Origin: Ptychodera flava
Lineage: Eukaryota
DNA: 64,000 nt
Reading direction: 5' to 3'
Assembly: GCF_041260155.1 (NCBI RefSeq)
Contig: NC_091939.1
Coordinates: forward strand, 23,707,744-23,771,743
The notes under the pieces were generated by a model that was not told where the DNA came from, ran no database searches, and saw only the letters and a list, made by a program, of their open reading frames with translations. Below, piece by piece: positions 26,271 to 40,440 of the stretch (position 1 is the stretch's first letter; each line of letters opens with the position of its first letter). The position numbers were made by a program, and so were the translations under genes.

Positions 26271-28343
26271 TAAACACTCTCATCATAGCCTCGGCGAGAT
26301 TCAGCCGTGAGTGTATTTGACCGCACAAGACGCTACAACAGCCTTCCACACGCGACTTCGAGTACGGCAAAAGGGCTTGCACAAAGTCTGATTTCATTCG
26401 ACAGACTTGAACTTTGTCACCAAGGCCTTGGAGCCCCGGGCCTGGCCTTCGAGGCTTATAACTGTTGAATCACGTGATTGCTTTGACCTAAGAAAGATTA
26501 CAGTTGTGTCATCAGGAATCCAAGTGGGAACGACTGTAGTACACCCTTCAACCAGCGCTTCAATCGCTGGGCTTTGCGTATATTTTTAATATTAAAATGA
26601 CGGGATGATACACGAATTTACGGATGTTTAATTTTTGTCTGTATATAGTCTCGTACATTATGAGCATTTCTTTGTCAACAGCAGGTTACAAACCCCTGGC
26701 GGTCGGATCGACAAGACAGATCGCACCTCGAGGTAGAGCGCTCCCTCGTGCTGACTGGCGAACTCTACTTTTCTTTTGTTTTAAGGTGATAACTATCCCA
26801 AAAAATAAGCACTTTCTTCACTTTTTCTCGTGATGGCAAATATTGTGCAATATTGTCTGTAATGGTGAGTATGAGAGATGAATGGTGAGAAAATTTGTAT
26901 TTTAACCTAATTTTAAAACATTTTCATGCGGCTCACCCTACGTTATGACAAAACTTTAGAGAGCGCCTTCTCAAAGGTAGGGAGCTGACCTACGATGAAA
27001 ATGTTGTCATTCCGCACAATGTCCCAACACATTCTTTTACGAAGTGACACTTCAGCAAACATGGGCGACTTTCCAAGCAATGGGGATAGAAAATTAAATG
27101 TTTATTGAACATCGTATGAAAATCGCATAGTCAGCAATGTCAGTTCGAGAAGTTTATCATCAAAGAAATATAAATTTTACTATAACCCAAAGGGGATTCG
27201 AACCCCCACACACTCACGGCAACATCGCCTAGCTGCTAGGCCTCACACAAAACCAGTCGGCCACTGCTTCCAACCCAAAAGAGTTGGTCACAGTAACCGA
27301 CTTAGATGTTTCAATTCTGTGCGCGATCGAGCAACACGGTATGCGTGGAGCAGACGACACACAGACAAGAGTACACACACACAGTACACACATATATAGT
27401 AATCGGAAAAGCACGAAGCTTATTACTGAGCTATCAGACAGACTCGGGGACAAGTAAATATCCACCAGCAGAACTGTCCACTCAGGTTTCTCTTATCGAG
27501 ACATGTTTTGAAAGTGCCAAGAAATTGACAATATTACTACAACATTTTCTTACGTTTATACATGTAAGTCGTCGGAAGGAACTTGCACTGCGTTATCTTA
27601 ATAATTATTTACGTGTATGTGATTGCCATGAACAAGTTTGTGTCCTCTACAATCGACATTGTTAGCCGAAATCATTTTATTCAATCGATGGATTCTTTGC
27701 ACATACAACAGAAAATATCTCAACCCCTCATTTAGACGACTTGAACCTTTTAATTTACATGATGTTGCTCAAAAGGTTCACTTGCAACAATCATGGGTGA
27801 CTTCCCGCTACGGCAAGACTTCCAGACAGCTACCATGAAAAGTTTGCTCAGGGACGGCGATAATGAGTGCGCCCTCTAGAAATCACCTTGTGCTATTCTT
27901 TTGGCTGTGGTCGGACAGAGGCGTTACCATGAAAAGAAATCGCGTGAAACTTACCATTTGTGTAATTTGAAAGTTACTTAATTCGTAGATTTTTCTAGAA
28001 ACTTTGCATATATACATACATCTGTAATGCAAATCGAAAAAGTCTAAAATGTTTCCTTCTCTCGAAGATTGTCATCTTTTAAGTTCTGTCCTCGACACGT
28101 GCCTGCATGCGCCTAAGCAGGACTGAGGCCACATACACACCTTGCGGTCCATCATGAACATCAAGGACGAAACAGAGCTATCTATATGAGGGTATTACAT
28201 TTGACATTTCACCATGTCCTGTTTTGCTCTTTCACATGAGAACAGAATAGATGAGAAAGAAACACTTTTTTCGTGTGTCTCGAAAGTAAGACAAAAAGCA
28301 CGATCGCAAAATTCAAATTGTATACTTTCATCTGCAGGTATAA

Positions 28344-29274
28344 GGGACCGTTCAGTTTTTACGGCCGGGGGGGCGGCAAAATCCAGGGGGGTCATCGTAA
28401 TTTTTGAATCCGCAAAGGGGGGGTCATCGCTTTTTCACTGGTAGGAAAGGGGGGGGTCACCACATTTTCAAAAACATAATACCAACAATAAAGTTCACTT
28501 TATGCCATGGCCATGATCGACCCTCTTTACTGGCGGGCCGCCTTTGGCGACCCACTACAATAAATATACATTATGTATTACCCATGACCCTCTTAACGGG
28601 CAGACGCCTTTGGCGGCCCACTCCAATTAGGTTTACTTCATGCGATGGCCATGATCAACCCTCTTTACCGGCGGGCCGCCTTCGGCGGCCCACTACAATA
28701 AATTGACTTTATGTAATACCCAACGGCAATCTTAATGACCGCACGCCTTCAGCAGCCCTGTCCAGTAAAGTTTACTTTATGCAATAGCCATGATCGACCC
28801 TCTTTACCGGCGGGCCACCTTTGGTGGCCCACTAGAATAAAGTTGACTTTACGTAATGGCCCATGACCCTCTTAACCGGAGGGCTGCCTTTGGCGAACCA
28901 CTCCAATAAAGTTTACTTTATACAATGTCCATGGACATAAGTTGTCCATGGAAATGAAGTTAAAAATTGCCTTACAGTCGTCCTAATTAACAGACGTTTC
29001 AATGGATGTGGCTGAGAAGTTTGTGCACTGGCATCTCTGCTACACGAATAAAGTGTGCCGCGTACCGGAGTTCAAATCCAAACCATGCGGGTAAATTTGA
29101 CATATGGGTTTTGGTTTTTTTTCAGTGGGGAGGGGGGGGGTCATCAAATTTTTTCATCTGACAAAGGGGGGTCATCTTTTTTTCACGAAAAATGCAGGGG
29201 GGTCTATATTTTTTCGAACACCGGCGACAAGATTTTGCCGCCCCCCCCCCAGGCCGTAAAAACTGAACGCTCCC
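28344..29274. mobile_element. Foldback-type non-autonomous DNA transposon, ~0.93 kb. TIR GGGA[C/G]CGTTCAGTTTTTACGGCC[G/T]GGGGGG..., TAA target duplication, internal ~70-bp tandem array.
   Basis: 28344-~28470 is the reverse complement of ~29100-29274. TAA is at 28341-43 and 29275-77. It shares the terminal CGTTCA plus G-run architecture with the 7681-9326 element. Confidence 0.7.
28480..28930. repeat. Internal tandem repeat, ~6 units of 64-72 bp (two alternating subtypes), inside the 28344-29274 element
   Basis: Units of the form CCATGA[T]C[G]ACCCTCTT[T]ACCGGCGGGCCGCCTTTGGCGGCCCACTACAATAAAGTT[G]ACTTTATG[C/T]AAT recur head to tail. Confidence 0.7.
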
Positions 29275-29499
29275 TAAGTAAACGAAACACGGGTTCTTTT
29301 CACCATTTCAGTTTATGCTACCCAGCTTTTAGCATTTAAAATTATAGTTTATTCCTATATACACAGTTGACTGTTTGGTTTCCTCGGATTCTTATGTCAT
29401 TTGAATACGTGCATCAAACTGTACTCTGGTTTGTTGTGGACCGTTTTCGACGTTGATGGCGCACTGCAATTTGCTGTGTGACTTAGATGAGCCTACAGG

Positions 29500-29505
<6 letters not shown>

Positions 29506-29566
<61 letters not shown>

Positions 29567-29577
29567 TCTCCTCTCTC

Positions 29578-29614
<37 letters not shown>

Positions 29615-29620
29615 CTCTTT
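29506..29620. repeat. (CT)n, interrupted, ~55 units
   Basis: Read directly. Confidence 0.95.
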
Positions 29621-32600
29621 GCAAAAGTTCAAATTTGACAAGGTGATTGCAGTGACCATTTATGTCAACGCTTTTTATTATTTGCCCTTCCAATTTCGAA
29701 TTTCTCAGAACAGAGATCACAAGCAAAGTACAGTTAAATTCACTTCCAGTAAAAGACTTCGTCGTCGCTACGGAAATCAGTCACCAAAACCAAAGCTTTA
29801 TGAAAAGAATATAATATCAAAAATCAATGTTATGTGTTCATTCTATGTTTACTTAAATTGACAATCCGTTGTCTTTCATTTTTGGTACCTAAAAAAATAA
29901 AGAGATCAGAAATCGATCATCAACAAAACTAAAATTGATCGCTGATTTCTCATTGCTGAGGAGAAGTCCACCGTCAAGTTTATTATTTTCTATACAAGTA
30001 AACATTCTGCAAGATGCAGCATTTTTTGGAGAATTTCAATGTTGCAATAGAAATCTTCTCCGCAGTGTTCCAATTAGCTCTATCACCCTTGGTCTGGACC
30101 AAGGAAGCTTACTACCAAACAGCGACTGTGACAGGGAGCTGTGCAATATGTTCACAAGATACAATACCTCACGATCATCAGTCTGTGCGTAAACCGTAAA
30201 TAACATAACATCTCCTCCGATTTGATTCTGTTTCACGCGTCGTATTGGTTAACCGTAGCACACAAATTACTTCACCTTGTTTTTTGTGTCAAAACACGAC
30301 TTTCTGTAGTTGACAGACCACCAAAAAGTTAAAAAGAGAACAGTACAGAGACATTTCAAACAGACATCTGTGAGTTCTACAAATGTTTCTTAAGAATCTT
30401 TCTGTAAAGGATTCAACCTTATACAGTTGCGTCATTGGATATTTGATGACGTCATCAACTAATCCACTCCAATATCAACGGAAGGCTAAGCTTTAAATAT
30501 TAAAAAAAATATCGCTGACTGAAGTAGGGGTTATCTGCAAAACAGTCCTCTATTTCAAAACATAGTCTATCAAATTCGCAGAAAATAATCCACTTCTCTA
30601 CTATCATTTTGTTTATTGTTGTGGTAACCAATAGTAACAGAACGATCTTTCTAGCTTTCTTTCTGTGAAGTTTAAAACTATCTCAGGACAGAGGAGAAGC
30701 ATTACATGATTTGTGGGTGACTGCACTGAAGGACTACTGCTGTATAGAGAAAAGACCACAAAAGACTTCTTAAATATCGACTCACACAGGTTGCACTGAA
30801 ATGCGAGAGGTGACCAGATACAGAGTGAGGGAGAACATACTACAGTGGACAGGAAAATTAGAATCGAGTGAATGTTGGACAAAAATGACGTTCAATTAAG
30901 AAATTATTATCTCATTCGATGGATCTGCATTATTTCAAAGTATCGGACAGCGGAACAAATTAAGATATTCTCATAAACCAGATTTTGAAAACAAACAGAT
31001 GATTTTGATTTCGGTATGACAAATAATAATCGCCTGTAACTTTTAACCTACGAATATTAGTTATATTTTATTTCCGACGTTTTGTTTTGGTAGATAGGGG
31101 ATCGTGACAACAGCGTCTGGGTCTCCAGAGGTCTAGACTTTGTAGAGGCGGCGCTGTCACTTTTTCCGTATTAACTATTAGTCTGTTTGCGTTTGGGGAA
31201 ACCTCATCAGTCTGGTTGAAAAATTCTCAAAATCTTCCCGTCCAGTTTTTTATGCAAGAAGTCGTGACGGCACGCACATTGGGCATCAAGGGATACCTCG
31301 GCGGTCGTCACAGACAAGTAAGCAAGTGGCATAAAGTGCAATTGAAACGGTCACGGTAGCTTCTCAAATATTACTTAATGGCATTCGAGGTCGGGCTCGG
31401 TACAAGCCATCATTCTTCGTAAAGTTTCCTCCGGCCGTTCTGTCAGCCCATCGGACGATGACCAACATGGGTGCTAACGGCGATGCCAGCTGACCCGTGC
31501 GTGTTGATTACTTTTGTCAGGACATGCAGTGACAGACGGGGCCAAAAAAAATATGGGACTATACAGAGTTTAAACGGACCCGCCGCGTCGGGAGGGATCG
31601 GGAATTGGTTTTATGCCCAGCACAGTGTGTGTGTCGTTTACAGACAAGCAACTCTTTCGAACAAGTTTTTCTTGAGTCAGGCTATCGGATTTCAAATGGG
31701 AGGAGTCGTTAAAGTCATTAACTCTCCATACGATAGCCCTGAGTGAATGGTGTCGGAGGAAAAATGATCTGTTTGGCTGCCAGTGTTTTCGCAATACACG
31801 GCCAGACACTCACCAAACTCTGGATCCCGTCTCGCTAAAATGACTTCATTCGAAGGGGGGATCTGGTTTTGATTTGATACGATAGGATCTGAAGGACGAA
31901 AGGGTTGGCGCCCTGCACAAAGAGCGTGGGGTTTTTCATCACTGACTTACGGACCAACAGATATTTTTCTTTCTTTTTTTTTAAATATAAAAGGCAACAT
32001 GTCAACGGCTATCACGGACCTCAAGACAAACTTTAAAAGTAACAAGGATGATGGAATCATAAGGTGGCATTTTCGAAATGGTTCTTCGTTCGATGAATGG
32101 AGACTTGAAACGGACTTAGAGTTCAATGCCTTTAGAAGCATTGACACGCTGCAGAACCGCGTACAATTACGCTTTTTACAATTTACAGCCCGTTACATAC
32201 ATATTCAGTTACACGGGGCGGTATTCAGTGAAAAATCCGGCCCATTGAATGCAAAAGTGAGAACAGTTACATGGCTCAGGTAGTCCTTCCCTGTGCACCG
32301 TTGATAATCTCTGGATGCACTTAGCTCACATGGAACCTTTGAAGGTCGTTTTTTCCCGATGACTTTGCGTCGGCACATTAAACATAAACATGTACCTTGA
32401 TTATCGTATATATCTACGTAGGCGACCCATCAAGCCCGTAAGCGGCGTTCACTCGCATAGAACCATAATAAGCATGATATTAGAAAAAATAAATAAAGCC
32501 GGCAAATTATCAAAGCGTCGAAAGTTGAAAGTAAACTAAGAGAACATGTTTAAAAAGACTCAACAAGCGCTCGCACGAAAAGTAGGCACACATAAACGAG

Positions 32601-33065
32601 TCTGGGTGCGGTCAGTTTTTATTTTTCTGGAAGGTGTCCTGTTCCTTCAGTTACATGGGATCCATCTTATGGAAACTAAACCACAACATTTTACTACCCG
32701 TAAAATATTTGCCATACGATAGATACGATAATTTTTCATTCATTTTTTCCGTTGTATCATATAAAATTTACTGGTTATTGAGACACTGATTGGAAGTCCC
32801 ATGTGCAGGATTGCAATAGATTTTCGGACCGGATCCCCTTTCATGCCACTTTCTGACTTCTTAACGAAGCCATATTTGTTACTTCCATTCCTGAATACAA
32901 ACATTTTTTCCAGCACTATTTAATCTTCTTATTACAATTTTCATTGAATGTCATAATTTTTCGACGATATTAGACAATAAGAGTCCTTTAAAACCATGTA
33001 TTTTCTACAATTTCTGTGATACAATATCAATATCACCAGATATTCGACGATCAGTCTAGCCAACC

Positions 33066-33436
<371 letters not shown>

Positions 33437-34501
33437 AACTCTTTTAGTTTTATACATTCAACTCAATAACAGTGAACTCACATTGCTGTATTTGTTCGCG
33501 TTTACAGTAATTAGAGTCTAACTACTTCACACGGACCTTCCAACGATGCAAACAGGAAAGGAGGAGAAGCGACTGATTTAATATTGTTTTACGATCCCCT
33601 TTCTACGTTTTGTCCGTTTTAGCTTAGATTACGATGATTAAACCATCGCGCCGTCTCGGGTTTCGTCGGGAGAAATTGCGAAACAACAGTTGCTCCGTTG
33701 TGCGTCCGCGGTGACGATGGACAATTGCCCACAGATGACGACGCCCTCTCAGAGCCGACAGATATTGAACAAATTTGCTCTCACGGGTTACCATGGATAC
33801 GGACCCGAAACAGCCTGTTTTGGTAGGGCTAATTTGACAAATCAAAGGCTCGGCGGTTTCGAATTTCGCCTCTTCGGCGATCGCTAAAATACACAGCCTT
33901 CCGGCGGAGGGGCGTCACTCTGAATATGCGTAACGCCGAAGGAAATGGATTATTTCACAACTTTCTCATTTGTCTTTGAAATTGCATGTATAGAACAGAA
34001 ACGTCATTTATCACCGCAGAACCATGATGTGTATGGACGCTTGCTTTTAGCTAATTGATTTCTCTTGAGCACGCGCAGGCTATCTTCCCTTAACTGCAAA
34101 ATTCCATTGTATCAAAACTTAAACGAGTGTAAAACTTCAGTGCTGCATAACTTAATATGATAGTAAATGATTCAAGAATAAAAGACGTTCTCGCTATGAG
34201 GCCACCTTGCCATCGGAAATGATGTGTCTGTGCATTGCGTTGGACGACGCAAACCTTGAACCGGAACATTGAATAAACGATGTTGCTCATGCAGGGTAGA
34301 TCAATTCGCTGTCGATCGTTGATGATATGTTGTACTCACAAAAATGACTGGGCACAAGTTCAGCGTTCTTGCCCTTAGATTAATCCTTCGACCGAGAAAA
34401 AAAAACACGAATCAGAAGGTATAATATATAGGGTTTCTTTTTTGTGTCACTTAGAAAGTGATAGTGATTCGCTTCTGTGTTGACTTGACAAAAAACTTCG
34501 A

Positions 34502-34504
<3 letters not shown>

Positions 34505-34574
<70 letters not shown>
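34505..34574. repeat. (TA)n ~34 units
   Basis: Read directly. Confidence 0.95.
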
Positions 34575-34576
<2 letters not shown>

Positions 34577-35861
34577 TGATAGTAGATTAATATTTTTGCT
34601 GACCCTATTCCAAATGTGACAACAGATCTTATAGAAAGTGTTCTGTTTTACCCAAGTAGTTCAGTTTAAAATTTCTGACGATATTCTCAACTTTGACAGC
34701 AGCATCAACAAAGGATATTCTCTTGCAAACACGGGATCAATTTGGAAAACAAGCTAGGCTGGGATTGACCCAACGTGACCGCATTGCTGAAGTTTGGAGC
34801 AAGACGATGGCCCGATTACAATGCGGGTCTGACAAATTTGATAAATGGGGACAATGCCCCCGTGTTTTTCTATGTCACTTTCTGACCGCATGTGACGTCG
34901 GCAGTTCTTCCAAGTCTTCCGCGCAAACAACGAGAAACGGTAAACCCGAAACATTCTTCGATTCCGGGGAGCATATTAAGCTTCAGACAGATACTCGGAC
35001 ATTTTATGTCTCTCGAAGTGGGTCGGCTATCTGCGGAGAAGCATGGAATCCACACGCTATCTGTGACGACGAACGCTCCGTTCTCTTGTCTGTTTGATCT
35101 GGGCGCCAAGTCACGGTTTTTGGCGCTCGCAGTCGATAGTGACGTTTGTTGTGGGTCATCGGAAAATACAGAAGGAATACATTAGAGATATCTTGGCTGA
35201 ATTGGTAGGTCCCACACACGTTGAAGAGAGTAGATTACTTTAAGAGCAAGTCCATTTCTTTAGCCTCCCCCCTTTTTGCTTTTCCTCGATTGTGTCTCTA
35301 TTTTGAGGAAACAAAATCTGGAATCTGTTGATAGTTGAACACGAGCTGTCAGGTCTCTATCATGGCTTCGTTTCAATCTCTTTTATAAACTTCCGACGGA
35401 ATGCCGTGCCGACCATCACATGGCCGCCGAGTGTTTACGTTATGTTTTCCTATGCATGCGACCACAGCAGACGAGCTGGGACCAGTGAGTGGTCAACTGA
35501 CTAGACATCGCTTTGTAAGCATCGTGTACGCGTAACATACTGTACGAAAAAAATAGTTGAATAAAGCTGTCAGGGTAACTTATTATAATGTTTTCACCAT
35601 TTTTGTTCCAGAAAACCGGTACATCTCTTCTTTCTAGCCCTTAAAATTTGGGTTTTTTTGAAATACAATTGTTTGCCTTGCCAACACAGCACAATGCGAG
35701 CAATTTGCAATGAGAATGTTGAAAAATGATTTCTTGTCCGGACAAATTCCAAACGTTCAGAATAAGATAGTGCATTACATAGGTGCTGATCGCTTAGGCT
35801 AGATGCACACTATGCACTTCTACATTACTTTGGAGTAGGTAAATATAAATATTCATTTTAA

Positions 35862-36076
35862 CCCTTTGAGTGCTGTAATTTTTCCCGCCAAAATTCCAGT
35901 GTAACATTTTACCATTTTTTATGATTTTGCTGTATTTTATATTGGAAGTTTTGGACCAGATGGACATAACTTTTCATTTGCTACACTTTCTGACCAAAAG
36001 TTTTGGAAAAATCTAAAAAAAAAGTCTACATCGGAAAAGAAGTTGTTGGCGATATATTCCATAAAAGCGACTAGGG
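35862..36076. mobile_element. piggyBac-like MITE, 215 bp, flanked by TTAA on both sides. Ends CCCTTTGAG... / ...CTAGGG.
   Basis: TTAA at 35858-61 and 36077-80. The 3' end CTAGGG|TTAA is identical to the canonical piggyBac terminus. The 5' end TTAA|CCCT resembles the piggyBac 5' terminus. A second copy at 63907 shares the first ~80 bp. Confidence 0.55.
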
Positions 36077-37627
36077 TTAACAAAGATGACAAAGTAACAG
36101 AAAATAATTATAGCTTAAGAAGCATCAAGTAAGAGTATCTTTTACAAAACTTCAATTTGCTGAATCTTAGTGAATGGATAAAAATCACGGGCAAAATGAT
36201 GAAGAGAATTATTAAATTTGCTCGAGAAAGTTAGGACGACGATATTTTAAATTTAGGAAAGCTTATGTTGTCTCATATTATATAATTTTCTGTGCCGTTC
36301 ACAAGCCCTTGAAACTTGTAAATTACATGTAAATATGTGTATTAACAAATTAAAACATGTATATTAACAAACAGAACAAATGTTACTTTACGATTGGAAC
36401 TAATTCGGGATAAGTGGATAATGTAGTAATATTGGTTTAATCTGCAATTGTAAGCTCATCTGTTTTTATGGTTTTGCAATGCACTTGCCTTTATGATTAA
36501 TTTGTAACATTGCAACTTTCAACTATATGGCACCTAACACTTTTTACAAAATTTGAACGAGATTCAATTCTCCCAAATTGGTTCCAATCGTGTTACAGCT
36601 GAAGAAGTTTCAAGTATGCTCACATTTTTTAAGACTTCAATTTGCTGATTCCAAGTGAATAGTTAAAAAAGTAATCATGGGCAAAATAAATGACGAAGAA
36701 AATAATGAGATTTGATCGAGAAAATCAAGCCAACGATATTTTTAAGTTTGGGAGAGCTTTCTGTTACTCTTATCATATCACTTACTGTGGCATTCCTACA
36801 TCCTTAAAAGTTGTAAAGCATATTCCGTACAGAAGTTATACTTTTAGTTCGGCTATGTTTGCTTCATGTGTGTGCCACAGGGTGCGGCCGTTCCAGTCTA
36901 ACAGAGAGTAAACTTGGTTTTAGAAGTTCATGACATATCTGGTGTGCATGTTATACCATCTCCAATTTGTTGGACATAAACACAAAACAAATGAGAAGGA
37001 AAAAAAGAAAACTCCATATAAACCATCTCACGAGATTTCAAATCTAAGATAGTCGAAAGAGCTTCTCACATTTTTCAACTCCGATACCCAGTAATAGAAA
37101 TGTAAATGTATTTCATGGATTTATCTAGACTGTAGCAGCACTTTGGAGAGGGACTAGTTAGTTCTGCAACATGCGCAAATTCATGTGTGCTATCGCGTAC
37201 CTGTGTATCTTTCACCTTTTTTTCCAATTCTAGAAATTGTTACGTTGGTATGGTCGAATTCGAAACCAGCTCAGCTCAGAACGATTTCAACGTTGAATTC
37301 TAAACAATACCGACATTACAATCTCTGTCAAATCAACGTAAACAGGGAAACATCGGTTCAAAACGTTATTTGCGAATATTGTGAGCGGTTAACTGCTCAA
37401 CGGATTGAAATATTTGTTGTTGATTTTTTACAAGAGCTGAACAGTTTTTAAAATGTTTGTCCATTGAAGAAGCAAGATATTATAATTCAGAGAAATAAGC
37501 TTTCGCCGATTTATTTCGTTTAAAGGATCAATATGTCATGACACACGTATAAAGTTGTTTGTTCAATTTCATGTTAAACGTATCAGTAGTTTTATGTTGT
37601 CATTAAATGATTAAGTTTGTTACAAGA

Positions 37628-37632
<5 letters not shown>

Positions 37633-37680
<48 letters not shown>
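37633..37680. repeat. (CT)n ~23 units
   Basis: Read directly. Confidence 0.95.
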
Positions 37681-37683
<3 letters not shown>

Positions 37684-40329
37684 TGACAAGAATCATACTA
37701 TGGAATCCTAGATCGGAACAATATAATTATGAAGTCCGAACCCGTCCTACAATTTCGTTCTCGGTAGTGAAAACTAGTTCTGTCTTTCATCGTGTGTGAT
37801 CGACCAAAAAGAGAAAAGAGAGCTCCTTGCGCTTTGTGTTTTCAACTTTAGACTCGACAAAATGTTGCTCTAACGTCCATATCGTATATGTTCACAATTT
37901 ACTATTTCCGACGATACTAGAACAGTCCCTCCTGTGAAGGGACCGTGATGCAAATGACGAACGGATGTGCCTGACGGAAATATTCAGTTTCTATACATGA
38001 ATGTATGGATGAAACAAATTGCAGCAAATTTGTGTTTTCGAATCGGATACTATGAATAACACCAACCATTGAAGCGCATTCCTTCTGACAACATTTGCAA
38101 CAGGATCGGAGTTAATGAATGGTGTACTCAACATGGGACACAATTTCAAGTGACAACGCTCAAGCTTTACGCCCCAATGCCAAATCACAAAAGCGCACTT
38201 TTTTATCCCGCCGAAGTTCCTACAGTTAGCCTATCTCCCCCCTTGTCAACTTTCCCGATCCATTACCCAGACGGGGCGGCGTTGACGCGGAGCTTTCAAC
38301 CCGGTCGGTTCTGTCGACATTGGTAACGATAGGTGTGAAAAGAAAAAAGAGAGAGGGGGAATGAGAGAAACCCTAGTGTTAAGTCACTTCAGAGAAAGAA
38401 AAAAAAGTGGACAGTCACTGCTTGCGAGATAAGGACGGCGAAATCTGTTGAAACGGGTAGTGAAAATATATCTTTAAGTGTAACCAACTTTTTCCGTAAA
38501 AAGAGGCATTCCGCTCTGGTTGGCTGCAAACGTATAAAAGCCCCGGAGAAAGTAATATGTGAAAAGGGGGGCCTATAGACACACAGCGTAGAACTTACTA
38601 CATCGACTCAGCTGCAGCATTCCTGCGGGTTCTCACAGGCCGATAGGGAAGGGCCAGGCACGCAACACACATCAATGTATCCGCAAGTGTTTGGTCGTTT
38701 GGACGGTAGAATCGTAAATCTGTCCTCTGAGTAACGGCTTTTCCTAATTGATTAGGTGTAAAAATAAAATAGATTCCTATTATCACCGCCGCGAAATGAC
38801 TCCCCCAGCGCGGGGGCATCCTTTTATATGCCTTCGGCGTAATCTTTACTACAGGAGTTGTTAGATTGTGCTGTGGTCGTATGTATTCGCCCCAACGTGT
38901 GAAATGACATTTAGATAGCCGCGTCGTTTAACACTTGCTCTTCACAGTACGCTGCGAAGCCACTTCCTACCCAGTCACGACCCGATAAGGTCGTTGGATA
39001 GGGGAACTTCCATGTTTAAGACATTTGCTCCGGGGAACTCTCACGTTGTTTTGCTGAGTTTTCTTTTTTTTTAATAACTAGCAAGTACCATCGGAAGATT
39101 TCAATGATTGGGTGTAGCTTATGGACACAGATTTCAAACACTTTTTCAGCTTTTTGTCAGTGATACTCGGACAGGAAATATTTCACCGCTTATGTGAGGT
39201 GGACGGTATTCCACAAAATGTTGTATCGCCTAAATCTCTGCGAATACATGTGAGTCTTCATTGTCTGGGCATGTTCCATGTAGTACACAGTACAAAAGGT
39301 TCTCCAAAGTCTTGGTGACATTTGGTCTCGAGCTGAAAATCATTTCGTCACAGTAACATTCAATTTCTGGTCCGATTATAGGAAAGGTTTCTTTCGTCCT
39401 TGCTGGTTGAATTTTATTTACGTAATCTGAGTTTGAAATTGAAGACCTTTCCAAAGAAATGACTATTTTCAGCCAATAAAGTGGTACCGACTCTATATCA
39501 GTGAGTTTTATTTCCGCTGATTTCTGAATAAAATATCGTTTGCTCATGGTTGGCTTATCTCACCGAATTGTTTTCCTTCGAATGGTACCCCCCTTTTCTC
39601 CCGTTCCCATCACGTAAATTCGCCAAAAACCTCGTAATTTACCAGCAGGACTCGATTATACCGACAAATGGGAGTCTTTGCCTCCCAGATGTTATCTGGC
39701 CAGCCGTGGTTTGCCTTATCGGGCGAACCCTCTGGTGAACCAAACCTACGTAATGTGCGCGCAAGTGTACTTGGTAGGAGAGGCGTTGAGATTCCAGCAA
39801 TGCATTTAATTTTCACGTTACTCACAACAGTTTTTCAGTGAATATTTTTTTCGATGTAATGGATTGTGAAAAAGGGGCACGGTGACTTATTTTGTACAGT
39901 CCCTTATAAATTCGACAAAGTGTATTTTGTGTCCATTTTCTGAGTGCGGACACCAAATTTGGTTTTGCAAAACCATATCTGTGTGCCCAATTCAAAGCGG
40001 GATTCTGCGTTTGTATGGTCAGCGGTGGTCTTATCTTGATCGTCTTTGAAAAGTCAATCCAGTTTGTAACAAGGAAAGAAAGGGTGCTTTTTATTTACTC
40101 GAAATTAAAATTGACGTCTAAAAACTGAAAGTAAGGATTTGTCTGGACGGGAGTCGCCTCTCTTGGTCGAAACTCAACACGCTGATGCCACATCCTTGCA
40201 ATGCCATCCCTGCCTTCTAAATGGCAGAATTTGAAAATTTGTAAACATCATAGATGGGATGAGTGTTTTGAGTGCGGATACCAAACGGCCATTGAGAGCG
40301 CTGACTTTTGACTTCTGAACTGGTATTAA

Positions 40330-40440
40330 GAGGGCACTGCTGATTGGTCGGGTTGACGTGTAACCTTAAGTGTGGGATTACTGTCAGACTGTGTCTCGAT
40401 TGTTCTCCAATCACACACTGATTGACACGCGCGTTTAATG
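40330..40440 (+). promoter_or_regulatory. Candidate Tbx1 proximal promoter elements (inverted CCAAT box ATTGG ~40343-40347, CRE-like TGACGTG 40354-40360, CCAAT ~40408)
   Basis: Motifs read directly about 400-480 bp upstream of the predicted ATG, with no TATA box. Assignment as a promoter is inference. A noncoding 5' exon further upstream cannot be excluded. Confidence 0.3.

Noticed and set aside
27181-27275. Possible tRNA gene (T-arm GGGGGTTCGAATCCCC on the minus strand)
   Set aside because: No cloverleaf can be built: the D and anticodon stems do not pair, and the apparent anticodon loop lacks U33 and a purine at position 37. Kept only as a possible tRNA-derived relic in the findings.
34693-35219. 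Cluster of overlapping ORFs of 66-134 aa on both strands
   Set aside because: No recognisable protein features and ORFs on both strands of the same segment. Consistent with a moderately GC-rich noncoding stretch.
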